Below, piece after piece: positions 9,741 to 18,631 of a stretch of DNA of 64,000 bases. Both the position numbers and the translations under genes were made by a program. The DNA is from Candidatus Woesearchaeota archaeon (lineage in GTDB: Archaea > Nanobdellota > Nanobdellia > Woesearchaeales > JBJKQO01). The stretch spans positions 16,686 through 80,685 of the forward strand of contig JBJKQO010000008.1 of the NCBI GenBank assembly GCA_046705145.1. Reading direction: 5' to 3'. How positions within the stretch are numbered: the stretch's first letter is position 1; every line of letters starts with the position of its first letter. Under the pieces are notes generated by a model. It was not told where the DNA came from. It worked only from the letters and a program-made list of their open reading frames with translations, and made no database searches.

Positions 9741-9878
9741 TTCATTACCTCAGATTATAAATTATTACTTTTAAGTAGTATAAGCTAATAGGGATACTTA
9801 AATTATATATCTAACTTTCATTATAAATGTTGAACAAATACGAAAATTATTTAAATAAAATAAGGATTCGTCCAATAT

Positions 9879-10841
9879 ATGGAAAAGATTGATGCCAAAG
9901 ACAAAAAGATATTATACGAGCTTGATGTTAACTCAAGGCAAAGCCTTGCTCAGATAGGAAAAAAAGTGAAGCTCCCAAAGACAGTAGTCCATCACAGGAT
10001 ACATTCACTAATAGAGCGGGGGATACTAAAAGATAATTATGCAGTGATCAATTATACAAAGCTCGGGCTTATCCAGTTTAAGCTGTATTTTAAGTTTCAT
10101 TCATTAAGCCCAAAAAAAGAGCAGGAGATAATTGATTATCTTAAGATGAAGAGAAACCTTGTGTGGGCAGCTTCATGCCGCAGCAAGTGGGATATTGCTG
10201 CTACCTTCATCGCAAAAGAAGTCATGGACTTCGATGACATCCTAAAAGAGATAACAAATGACTATGGGAAATACCTTCTTGAAAATGTTGTTGTAATATG
10301 CTCATTCTCTCCTTTCTATTCGAGAGTATACCTTAACCCGTCAAGAACAAAGCAGGAGTTCATATATATCTCAAAGACCAATAGAATAGAACTTGATGCG
10401 ACAGACCAGAAGATAGTGACAGCTCTTTCCAAAGATGCAAGATCGGCGATACTTAAGATCTCAAGTTCCCTGAATCTTTCAAGGGATGTGGTCAGTTACA
10501 GGATAAAAAAGCTTGAAAAGGCAGGTGTGATCTTAACGTATAGATGGCTTTTTGACCATGAAAAAGTAGGGTTTCGTTTTTACAAGCTTATCCTTAGGCT
10601 GCACAACTTCTCAAAGACAGAGGAATTGAGACTGCTTGAGCACTGTAAGATGAACCAGTACATCGTGCAGTACATGAGGCTTTTTGGCGGATGGGATGTT
10701 GAAATAGAGTTTGAGATAGATGATGAAGACAAGATGTTTGAATACATAAATGAAATAAGAGAGAAGTTTGACAATATCATCCGGGATTACGAAGTGCTTC
10801 ATGTATACTCGGAACACAAGCTGAATATGTATCCCTTATGA
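9879..10841 (+). CDS. Tandem-domain Lrp/AsnC regulator (copy 3), close paralog of copy 1
   Basis: Same length (320 aa) and long identical segments such as TYRWLFDHEKVGFRFYKLI. Confidence 0.9.
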   Translation: MEKIDAKDKKILYELDVNSRQSLAQIGKKVKLPKTVVHHRIHSLIERGILKDNYAVINYTKLGLIQFKLYFKFHSLSPKKEQEIIDYLKMKRNLVWAASCRSKWDIAATFIAKEVMDFDDILKEITNDYGKYLLENVVVICSFSPFYSRVYLNPSRTKQEFIYISKTNRIELDATDQKIVTALSKDARSAILKISSSLNLSRDVVSYRIKKLEKAGVILTYRWLFDHEKVGFRFYKLILRLHNFSKTEELRLLEHCKMNQYIVQYMRLFGGWDVEIEFEIDDEDKMFEYINEIREKFDNIIRDYEVLHVYSEHKLNMYPL

Positions 10842-10868
10842 TGCTTCCCTTCCAAAAAATCATCCGGT

Positions 10869-11195
10869 TTATTTCCCCAGTTTCACAGCAGTCCCATAAG
10901 CCAGTACTTCTGCTGCTCCCTGCATCACTTCTGCGGTCATGAACCTCACGTTAATCACAGCATCAGCCTTCAGTTTCTTTGCCTCATCGATCATCCTGCT
11001 AAGCGCTTCTTCTCTTGCCATGCTTATCATATCTGTATAGCTTTTGATCTCTCCTCCGACAATAGTCTTGAGCCCAGCCATTATGTCTCTTCCTATATGT
11101 CTTGCCCTTATGGTATTGCCTCTTACCAGGCCAAGCGTTTCAGTCACCTTCTTTCCTGCAACAAAATCAGTTGTTACGGTTATCATTTTTTCCAC
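10869..11195 (-). CDS. YbjQ/UPF0145 family protein
   Basis: LGLVRGNTIRARHIGRD, GGEIKSY, EVLAYGTAV. Confidence 0.9.
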   Translation of the reverse strand: MEKMITVTTDFVAGKKVTETLGLVRGNTIRARHIGRDIMAGLKTIVGGEIKSYTDMISMAREEALSRMIDEAKKLKADAVINVRFMTAEVMQGAAEVLAYGTAVKLGK

Positions 11196-11201
11196 CTCCG
11201 A

Positions 11202-11567
11202 TCATTCCTTTGTCTTGAAAAACAGCCAATTCTTGCCTTTGAAGCTTAAAAGGGTGAACCTTCCTTTTAACCTTTTCCCTTTGATCTCTCCGACAATCTT
11301 CTTTTCCTTTATGCTTTCAGGTTCCCAGTTCCCTGAGTCCCATATCTCGACCGTGCCTTTGCCATAGCCTTCTGTGATCTCACCCTCAAAATCCATGTAG
11401 CTTACATCATGGTCATCGACCTGTATGGCTAACCTCTTGACCCCTTCTTCAAAATCAGGCTCCTTTGGGATAGCCCATGACCTTGCCACACCATCCAGCT
11501 CAAGCCTCAGGTCATAATGAAGATGTGTCGCGTCATGCTTCTGGATAACATACTTCAGATTTTTCAT
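11202..11567 (-). CDS. Stand-alone LigD 3'-phosphoesterase domain protein
   Basis: VIQKHDATHLHYDLRLE, SWAIPK, KRLAIQVDDH, YGKGTVEIWD. Confidence 0.9.
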   Translation of the reverse strand: MKNLKYVIQKHDATHLHYDLRLELDGVARSWAIPKEPDFEEGVKRLAIQVDDHDVSYMDFEGEITEGYGKGTVEIWDSGNWEPESIKEKKIVGEIKGKRLKGRFTLLSFKGKNWLFFKTKE

Positions 11568-11622
11568 GATATACCCAAAAAAAACAACAAAATATATAAT
11601 CTTTTTTGATTATAACCCTATC

Positions 11623-12093
11623 ATGGCAGTAACCATAAGGAAATTCAGGAAAGGCGATGCAGTTTATGTAAGCGATCTTGTAAGTAGAGCGCAAAGGATA
11701 GTGCTGAAAGATTACTATCCGAAAAAGCTTATTGAAGCATTATGCATGAAAAACACGCCCCCTAAAATAATCCGAAAATCAGCAGTCAGGCAGTATTTTG
11801 TGGCAGTTGACAGCGATTCAAAGAAAGTTGTAGGCATCGCAGGGCTTGAAGGAGACCGAATCAGGAAATTCTATGTCGATCCGAACTTTCATAGAAAAGG
11901 GATAGGGACCAAGCTTCTTGCAAGGATAATCAAGGAAGTTAGGAAAAAGCAGATAAGGACCCTGATCGTGGGCTCAAGCCACTATGCTGTCCCTTTCTAC
12001 GAAGCGCTTGGATTTCGGATAAAAGGCAAGAAATGGTGTGAAGTCGAAGGCATGAAGTATTATGATACTTTGATGGAGTATGACCTAATCTGA
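11623..12093 (+). CDS. GNAT acetyltransferase
   Basis: FYVDPNFHRKGIGTKLL, AVPFYEALGF. Confidence 0.85.
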   Translation: MAVTIRKFRKGDAVYVSDLVSRAQRIVLKDYYPKKLIEALCMKNTPPKIIRKSAVRQYFVAVDSDSKKVVGIAGLEGDRIRKFYVDPNFHRKGIGTKLLARIIKEVRKKQIRTLIVGSSHYAVPFYEALGFRIKGKKWCEVEGMKYYDTLMEYDLI

Positions 12094-13638
12094 TCAAACA
12101 ATCACTTTTCTTGCTATTGCGACTATATCATCAAAGTCTTTCTTGTTTGTCCTGTACTTTGCAAACTCGACCATGCCGCAAAGCGCAAGGCAGTCCTTAA
12201 CCTCTTCGATAGGCCCTGACTTTTTTCTTTTTAGGAGCTTTATGACTTCTGATCCCACCATCTCTTTTCCTGAGCCATGCTTGTGTGAGCAGTAAAATCT
12301 CACTGCTCTTGAGACCATCTCATAAGCATCTTTTTCCTTCTTTTCATGGAAAAGCTCCTGCGCAATCTTAAGCATCTTGTCTGACTCGCCTAAATAGTCT
12401 ACCTGCTTTTCTGTCGGTATCGGTTCTGTCTCAGGTCCAGCTTTTTTCCTGCTAAGATACCTTTTGTATATGAAAAATATCGCAGCACATACCAAACATG
12501 CAAGCAGGATGTACCAGATGTAGCTTTTCTTTGTTTTTTCGTAGGGCTTATCTGCAGTTATGTTCTGTATCTTTCCGTTGACATAATCTGCAGTTATCTT
12601 CTTTTCTTCTCCAAGTTCATCCTTGTATGGCACGCTTATCTTTGTCTGGTTCTGGGATTTCTGGTCGAATCCGGGAGTGGTCTGGTTAAATCCTGCCTGT
12701 GCCAATTGGCTGCTGTATTTTTGGAACTGAGGATCACCTTTTAGCTGCTGCATCATGCTCTTCTGGTCTTCTGAAGTCTGGGACATTATGCTTTTCATGC
12801 TGCTATTTTGCATTTCTCCGCTCAGCTTTGCAGTCTCTCCATTGTCGTTCTTAAAGTCATACTCGAATTTTCCTGAGTCTTCAGAAGATGGATCTACTGA
12901 TCCTCCTGTCGCATTATAGCCTGATTTCATAAGCTCTCTTGCTTTATTTTGGAACTCAGGGTTCTTTGCAAGGTTCTGCTGGAACTTATCTTCTAGTTCC
13001 TGCTGTTTCTTCTGCTCTTCTTGCATCTGCTGCTTTAGCGCCTGGCTGTCCTGATTCACCTGGTTGTTTTGCACGCGGTTCTGCGCGTTTTGCATCATCT
13101 GCTCGTTTTGCATCTGGCGCTTTGCCTCTTCTTGCTGCTTTTGTTGCTGTTCCTCTTGCTCCTGCTGGACCTGTTCCTGGGTCTTTGATGTGCTTTGCTG
13201 CTGGCTCTGCGCTCCCTGCTGCTGTGAGCTGTTCTGGACGAAATTTACTCTTATCTCAGGCAGCGTGACATAGACATCTTTGCTGTCATTATCCTTGTAG
13301 TCAAATTCCATGTTAAGGATGAAAGAAGCTGGAGAGTTGCTTGTCCCAAGATTGATGCCAAATCCTGTGTCAGAGACTGTTGCAGGAGCTGACTGAGTCT
13401 TAGTGCTGCTGTAGGACATCCCCTGCTGCTGCACCTGCTGCGTTATCGTGTAGGTTATCTGGCCGCTTATTGGAGGATTTGCATTTTCTACGCCAAATCC
13501 TATCTTGGCATCCTGGCCTAGGGGAAAATAGTATTCTGACTGGTTTGAAGTGAACTTTACTGTGCTGTCCTGCGCTGCAGCTGCAATTGATGCGGCCAAA
13601 AGCGATATTACCAAGATTAATGCTATCTTTCCTCTCAT
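12094..13638 (-). CDS. Secreted, membrane-anchored Gln-rich protein of the MoxR/vWA cluster
   Basis: Signal peptide, poly-Q coiled region, TM helix, C-terminal VEFAKY motif. Confidence 0.7.
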   Translation of the reverse strand: MRGKIALILVISLLAASIAAAAQDSTVKFTSNQSEYYFPLGQDAKIGFGVENANPPISGQITYTITQQVQQQGMSYSSTKTQSAPATVSDTGFGINLGTSNSPASFILNMEFDYKDNDSKDVYVTLPEIRVNFVQNSSQQQGAQSQQQSTSKTQEQVQQEQEEQQQKQQEEAKRQMQNEQMMQNAQNRVQNNQVNQDSQALKQQMQEEQKKQQELEDKFQQNLAKNPEFQNKARELMKSGYNATGGSVDPSSEDSGKFEYDFKNDNGETAKLSGEMQNSSMKSIMSQTSEDQKSMMQQLKGDPQFQKYSSQLAQAGFNQTTPGFDQKSQNQTKISVPYKDELGEEKKITADYVNGKIQNITADKPYEKTKKSYIWYILLACLVCAAIFFIYKRYLSRKKAGPETEPIPTEKQVDYLGESDKMLKIAQELFHEKKEKDAYEMVSRAVRFYCSHKHGSGKEMVGSEVIKLLKRKKSGPIEEVKDCLALCGMVEFAKYRTNKKDFDDIVAIARKVIV

Positions 13639-13645
13639 CTTTTTC

Positions 13646-14596
13646 CTATACCACCATCCTGTATTTCCAGTAGATTAAGTATATGTTTGTGACGAGAACA
13701 ATAAGGGCTGCTATCAAAAACCAGTTCTTGATGCTTGTCTGTTCCCACTCCCGGTCTATCTTCCCGCTTATGTTCTTGTATATGTCATCAAGTGTCTTGT
13801 CATCGACTGACTTGTAATAGTCTCCTCCTGTCTCCTGCGCGATCTGCTTTAGCGTGTTCTCATCAAGCTGGGCATACTGGGGGTTGCCAAACCAGTCATA
13901 ACCTAATACGACAGGCTTTTCTGAGCCCATCCCTATCGTGTAGACCTGTATCTTGTTTGTCTTGGCGTACTGCGCCGCTTCAGCGGGGCTTATCACTCCT
14001 GCATTATTGACGCCGTCACTTAATAGTATGACCACCTTTTTCTTGTTCGGTATGGATGTTGCCATGTCTATTGCCATCGCAAGGCCGTCACCTATCGCTG
14101 TCTGACCTTCTCTTTGCTGTATTGCGCGAAGCTTTTGCACAGCCTTGTCCTTGAAAGGGGTAAGGTAGGCTGCAGTCGTTGCTCCTGACTCAAACGTGAT
14201 TATGCCTATGTTGTCTTTTGCGTTCAGGCTGTCGATAAGTATCCCTGCTGAATCTTTTGCTGCCTCAAGCCTTGTCGGGCTGTAATCGTTTGCTGCCATG
14301 CTGCCAGAATCATCTATTACCAGCACCACGTTCACGCCCTCTTTTGCCTGCTTAAGAGGGATGTTTGGGTCTGCAAGCCCGAGGATGATAAAGATTATCG
14401 CTACCATCAAGAGGATGAAAGGAAGATGCAGCCTGTACTTTTTTTTGCCAGAAGATGCTTTTTTCACTATCCCAAGCGAGCTGAACTTCAGGACTGATTC
14501 CTTCTTTTTCTTCCTGTAGATGTGGTAGATATAGGCAAGGAGAGGTGTAACCATAAGTAACAGGAGCATGATAGGGTCCTGGAAGCTGAAGATCAT
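13646..14596 (-). CDS. BatA-like vWA domain protein
   Basis: MIDAS DDSGSM, TAIGDGL, ILLSDG; N- and C-terminal TM helices. Confidence 0.9.
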   Translation of the reverse strand: MIFSFQDPIMLLLLMVTPLLAYIYHIYRKKKKESVLKFSSLGIVKKASSGKKKYRLHLPFILLMVAIIFIILGLADPNIPLKQAKEGVNVVLVIDDSGSMAANDYSPTRLEAAKDSAGILIDSLNAKDNIGIITFESGATTAAYLTPFKDKAVQKLRAIQQREGQTAIGDGLAMAIDMATSIPNKKKVVILLSDGVNNAGVISPAEAAQYAKTNKIQVYTIGMGSEKPVVLGYDWFGNPQYAQLDENTLKQIAQETGGDYYKSVDDKTLDDIYKNISGKIDREWEQTSIKNWFLIAALIVLVTNIYLIYWKYRMVV

Positions 14597-15474
14597 CTTA
14601 CCATCCTCCTTTCCCTTGACCTGAAAAATCTCCTTAAAGGGATGTGGAACGGCTCATCAGTCTTGACATTGACCATGTCTACCTTGATCTTTTTCATGTC
14701 TTTTTGCAGAGACTCGTTCTTTTCTTTCATAAGTGTGCAGTATTGCTTTCTGAACTCAGGATCTGACGTATCGACAATCATCTGTTCTCCTGTCTCCTCA
14801 TCTTCAAGGAAGGTGTATCCTATGTCTGGTATGTCCTGCTCGTTCAGGTCAGACATGTTGATAAGTATTATGTCGTTCCGGTTCTTCAGGAACTTAAGCG
14901 ATTTCGTGAAGTCATCTGATATGAAATCAGATATTATGAATATCACGCTTCTTTTCCTGACGATCTTGTTTAGGTTGATAAGCGAGAAGCTTATGTTTGT
15001 CCCTTTGTTGCCAGGGGTGAAATATGCCATCTCCCTTATCAGCTTGAGGACATGCCTTCTTCCTTTTGCTGGCCGTATGAACTTTTCGATCTTTTCGGTG
15101 AAAAGGCATAATCCTACATTATCGCTGTTTCTCATGGCTGAAAACATTATCGATGCCGCGATCTCATGCCCCATGTCTTTCTTGCTCTTCTGCGTCCCAA
15201 AATCGTTGCTTGATGAGACATCAAATGCGATATAGATGTCAAGGTCTCTCTCTTCGATGAATTCCTTGACAAAAGGATGGTTCATCCTTGCAGTCACGTT
15301 CCAGTCTATCGTGCGTATGTCATCTCCAGGGACATATTCCCTGACCTCTGAGAATTCTATACCCCTCCCCTTGAAGACTGACCTGTAGTTTCCTGCTATC
15401 AGGCCCTCGACAAGATGGTTTGTCTTAAGCTCGATCCTCTTCACGTTCTTGAGTATGCTTTTCACTTCAGACAA
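14593..15474 (-). CDS. DUF58 protein
   Basis: GRGIEFSEVREYVPGDDIRTIDWNVTAR. Confidence 0.92.
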   Translation of the reverse strand: MSEVKSILKNVKRIELKTNHLVEGLIAGNYRSVFKGRGIEFSEVREYVPGDDIRTIDWNVTARMNHPFVKEFIEERDLDIYIAFDVSSSNDFGTQKSKKDMGHEIAASIMFSAMRNSDNVGLCLFTEKIEKFIRPAKGRRHVLKLIREMAYFTPGNKGTNISFSLINLNKIVRKRSVIFIISDFISDDFTKSLKFLKNRNDIILINMSDLNEQDIPDIGYTFLEDEETGEQMIVDTSDPEFRKQYCTLMKEKNESLQKDMKKIKVDMVNVKTDEPFHIPLRRFFRSRERRMVR

Positions 15475-15487
15475 AAGCGCTCACCTC

Positions 15488-16474
15488 TCAAGGAGACCTT
15501 ACAGCTGATAGTATCTTGTCTATTATGATGTCAGGGGTCATATCCTCTGCTTCTGCTTCATATGTCAGTATTATCCTGTGCCTCAGGACGTCATGGGCCA
15601 CTTCTTTTATGTCTTCAGGTGTCACGTACCCTCTTGAATTAAGGAGGGCATTTGCTTTTGCTGTCAGTATAAGCCATATGGATGCTCTTGGGGATGCGCC
15701 GTATTCTATGAAACCGTTTATCCTCACCCCATACCTTTCAGGGTTTCTTGTAGCATCAACTATCGATGATACGTATTCTTCTATCTTCTCATCAGCATAG
15801 ATTGTCTTGCAGAACTTTTGCACCTCGATGATGTCTTTTGAGCTTATAATGTTTCTTGCCTTGATGTCTTTTCCCTGGGTGTTCCTGCTTATGATCATCT
15901 TTTCTTCTTCTTTGCTAGGGTACTTGACTATGAGCTTCATCGCGAACCTGTCGACCTGCGCTTCAGGAAGCTTGTACGTCCCTTCGGTCTCGATAGGGTT
16001 CTGTGTTGCAAGCACGAGAAACGGCATCTGGAGCTTAAAGGTGTCTCCATGTATGCTTGCCTGCCTTTCCTGCATGCACTCAAGAAGTGCGGACTGCACT
16101 TTTGGTGGCGCCCTGTTGATCTCGTCTGCGAGTATGAAATTATGGAATATTGGGCCTTTTTGCACTGAAAAGGTGCCTTTCTTGTGGTCATAGATCTTTG
16201 TTCCGACTATATCTGCAGGGAGTATGTCAGGGGTGAACTGTATCCTGCAGAAGCTGGCGTTAAAAGTGTCTGATAATGTCTTTACCATAAGCGTTTTAGC
16301 AAGCCCTGGCACACCTTCAAGAAGCACGTGGCCTTCAGCAAGAAGCGATATGAGGAGCTTGTTAAGTACGTCTTCCTGTCCTACAATCACTTTTTTTATC
16401 TCTTCAAGGACCACATTTAGCTTTTCAGAGTGCTCTTTTGCTTGTGCATTAAGTTTCTTTATTTCCTGATCCAT
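15488..16474 (-). CDS. moxR: MoxR family AAA+ ATPase
   Basis: GVPGLAKT, RIQFTPD, ADEINRAPPKVQSALLE, ATQNPIE. Confidence 0.95.
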   Translation of the reverse strand: MDQEIKKLNAQAKEHSEKLNVVLEEIKKVIVGQEDVLNKLLISLLAEGHVLLEGVPGLAKTLMVKTLSDTFNASFCRIQFTPDILPADIVGTKIYDHKKGTFSVQKGPIFHNFILADEINRAPPKVQSALLECMQERQASIHGDTFKLQMPFLVLATQNPIETEGTYKLPEAQVDRFAMKLIVKYPSKEEEKMIISRNTQGKDIKARNIISSKDIIEVQKFCKTIYADEKIEEYVSSIVDATRNPERYGVRINGFIEYGASPRASIWLILTAKANALLNSRGYVTPEDIKEVAHDVLRHRIILTYEAEAEDMTPDIIIDKILSAVRSP

Positions 16475-16606
16475 ATTCTAGATCCCTCCAAATTTAAGCT
16501 ATTTTTAACAGGATAAGCCAATAACAAACGTTTTTTAAAACTTATGGAACCTGATACCTTAACCTTTTCCAAAAACTATAAAAACAACACTTCATCTTGG
16601 TCTGTC

Positions 16607-16951
16607 ATGGAGCTAAAACAAGTCATAATAGTAAGGCAGGACCTTAAGCTGCCGAAAGGAAAAGCAGCAGCCCAAGCAGCGCACGCATCGGTTGATGCTG
16701 TCCTCAAGTCAGACAAGAGGGTCGTGCAGGACTGGGTCAGTGAAGGCATGAAGAAGATAGTGCTTAAGGTTGAGGATGAGAAAGAGCTGATAAGGTTTTT
16801 CCAGATGGCAAAAGATTTAGGGCTTAAGGCATCTCTTATCACAGATGCTGGCAAGACTTATGTCGCTCCTGGAACAAGAACATGCATCGCGATAGGCCCT
16901 GATGATGAGGAAAAGATAGACAGGCTTACAGGAAACCTTAAGATGCTGTAA
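16607..16951 (+). CDS. pth2: Peptidyl-tRNA hydrolase Pth2
   Basis: KQVIIVRQDLKLPKGKAAAQAAHA, DAGKT, GP. Confidence 0.93.
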   Translation: MELKQVIIVRQDLKLPKGKAAAQAAHASVDAVLKSDKRVVQDWVSEGMKKIVLKVEDEKELIRFFQMAKDLGLKASLITDAGKTYVAPGTRTCIAIGPDDEEKIDRLTGNLKML

Positions 16952-17398
16952 TCACTTTTTTTTGTTTGCCTTCTTTGTCGCTTTCTTCTTCACTGTTTTC
17001 TTGACAGCCTTATTTTTGAGAGCGGGCTCTTTTCCGGATATCTTCTCTTCAAGCTGCTTTATCCTTTCCATCCGGTCATTCTTGTATTTCATGTAGCACT
17101 CAAGCTTTTTTTCAAGCGCGTTTATCCTCTTGATAAGCTTGTTGCCGTAGCTCTCATCATCATAGACATGCGTTATCACGCGCCTCTCCTTGTTTATCAG
17201 GGATACTATCTGCCCTTCAAGGATGTCAAGCTCTTTTCTTATGCTCAGGTCAGCCTTTTTCGTTGAGGAGATGTCCTTAATCTTGTTTAGCGAATTAAGA
17301 AAGCTGTTTCTTGCATCTTCCCTTTCGGAAAGGTTGGTGTTTGCGATAAGAAGATGCCTGTATAATCTCCTGACTTCCTTTTTGTTGATGCCTTCCAT
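16952..17398 (-). CDS. Hypothetical coiled-coil protein with Lys-rich tail
   Basis: Heptad pattern; KAVKKTVKKKATKK tail. Confidence 0.7.
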   Translation of the reverse strand: MEGINKKEVRRLYRHLLIANTNLSEREDARNSFLNSLNKIKDISSTKKADLSIRKELDILEGQIVSLINKERRVITHVYDDESYGNKLIKRINALEKKLECYMKYKNDRMERIKQLEEKISGKEPALKNKAVKKTVKKKATKKANKKK

Positions 17399-17399
17399 T

Positions 17400-17984
17400 T
17401 TACTTAAGCTTGGAGAACAATCCTTTCTTTTCAGGCCTCATCTGGCCTGGGCTTACAGGCGGAGGAGGGATGTCATCAAAAGGATCGTCCAGAGGGGGCG
17501 CGCTTGGCCTCGTACTAAAAGAAGGCATAGGCTGAGCAGGAGGGCCCTGAGGCGGGATTCCAGCGCCAAATGTAGGCGCCTGCGGCCTGGGCGGAGGAGA
17601 AGCAAATGGGTTGCTTTCAAACCTTGGCATATCAGGAGCAAAAGGCTTTTGCTCTATCGGCTTTGGTTTGCCGTTGTCCATCAGCTCGAGCAGGGACAAG
17701 ATCGCTTCTGCTATCTTCTCGTTTTGCTCGGAGATCACATCAAGCTTGTTCTCGATCTTTGAGACCCGCTTTATTATCTGCGACTCTTCATCCTTCTCTA
17801 TGTCGATCTCTCGGCTAGCCTCATTGAAAAGCTCAAGCAGCCTTTCTATCTTCTTGTTAAGCTCGTCAACAGAATTATTAAGAGACCTTGAAGCTCTTTC
17901 AGGTATGCCTTTTAGCCTGTTCAGTTCTTCTTTCAGGTCCCTTATGTCCTTATGAGGTATTATCTCATATTCATAATCAGTCAT
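17400..17984 (-). CDS. Hypothetical coiled-coil protein with Pro-rich tail
   Basis: SD GGGGTA upstream; coiled coil, Pro-rich linker, terminal KKGLFSKLK. Confidence 0.75.
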   Translation of the reverse strand: MTDYEYEIIPHKDIRDLKEELNRLKGIPERASRSLNNSVDELNKKIERLLELFNEASREIDIEKDEESQIIKRVSKIENKLDVISEQNEKIAEAILSLLELMDNGKPKPIEQKPFAPDMPRFESNPFASPPPRPQAPTFGAGIPPQGPPAQPMPSFSTRPSAPPLDDPFDDIPPPPVSPGQMRPEKKGLFSKLK

Positions 17985-18106
17985 TATGCTTTACCCCTTT
18001 TTTGGTTAGTTAGCAAGAATCATAACGATTTTTGTTTATAAAACTTTCGAATATTTAAAGGAAAAAAGAAATGTTATACATTCATAGGGTAATTATACAT
18101 ATATAT

Positions 18107-18568
18107 TTAGGAAGTAACATTTGTTATTATCAATTCTGCTAATTTTTCGGCATATTCTGCCATTTTATCTGGGAGTGTTGAACATAAATAATCTATTGGT
18201 ATCTGTGATCCTCCTCTTATAGCAGCTATTTGTCTCAAATCCTCTCTTCTTGATAAAGCAACAAAAACAGGTGGTACAAGACCATGTGCCTCATACATCC
18301 CAATAATTCTTGATAATGCATGACTGCTGTCTCCTGGGCCAGATGGATTAGAATAATCTGTATCAATTACTATTGCTTGATAAGGGTAACCCTCTTCTAT
18401 TCCTCCTGCTATTTCGTCAACTACATCTTTCCAATCAGTTCTCGCTGAAACAATCAATTCCTCATCACAAATGAGCCCAACATCGATGATAGGGGTTTCT
18501 TTAGGTTTATTAACTAGCAGTACGTTTATGGTTTGATTTGAATCTGCAGGCATTTTGATATCCCCCAT
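18107..18568 (-). CDS. Hypothetical protein, possibly a degenerate receiver-like fold
   Basis: NVLLV / YQAIVID / PVFVALS spacing resembles CheY-like strands. Confidence 0.45.
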   Translation of the reverse strand: MGDIKMPADSNQTINVLLVNKPKETPIIDVGLICDEELIVSARTDWKDVVDEIAGGIEEGYPYQAIVIDTDYSNPSGPGDSSHALSRIIGMYEAHGLVPPVFVALSRREDLRQIAAIRGGSQIPIDYLCSTLPDKMAEYAEKLAELIITNVTS

Positions 18569-18631
18569 TATCTGTTTTTCAGGGTTTCAAGCGTATTTAT
18601 ATACTTTTCTTTTGTAACTTCTTCAGGATAG

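Noticed and set aside
12990-13230. CTG/TTG-rich repeats
   Set aside because: Encode the poly-Gln region of the minus-strand protein.
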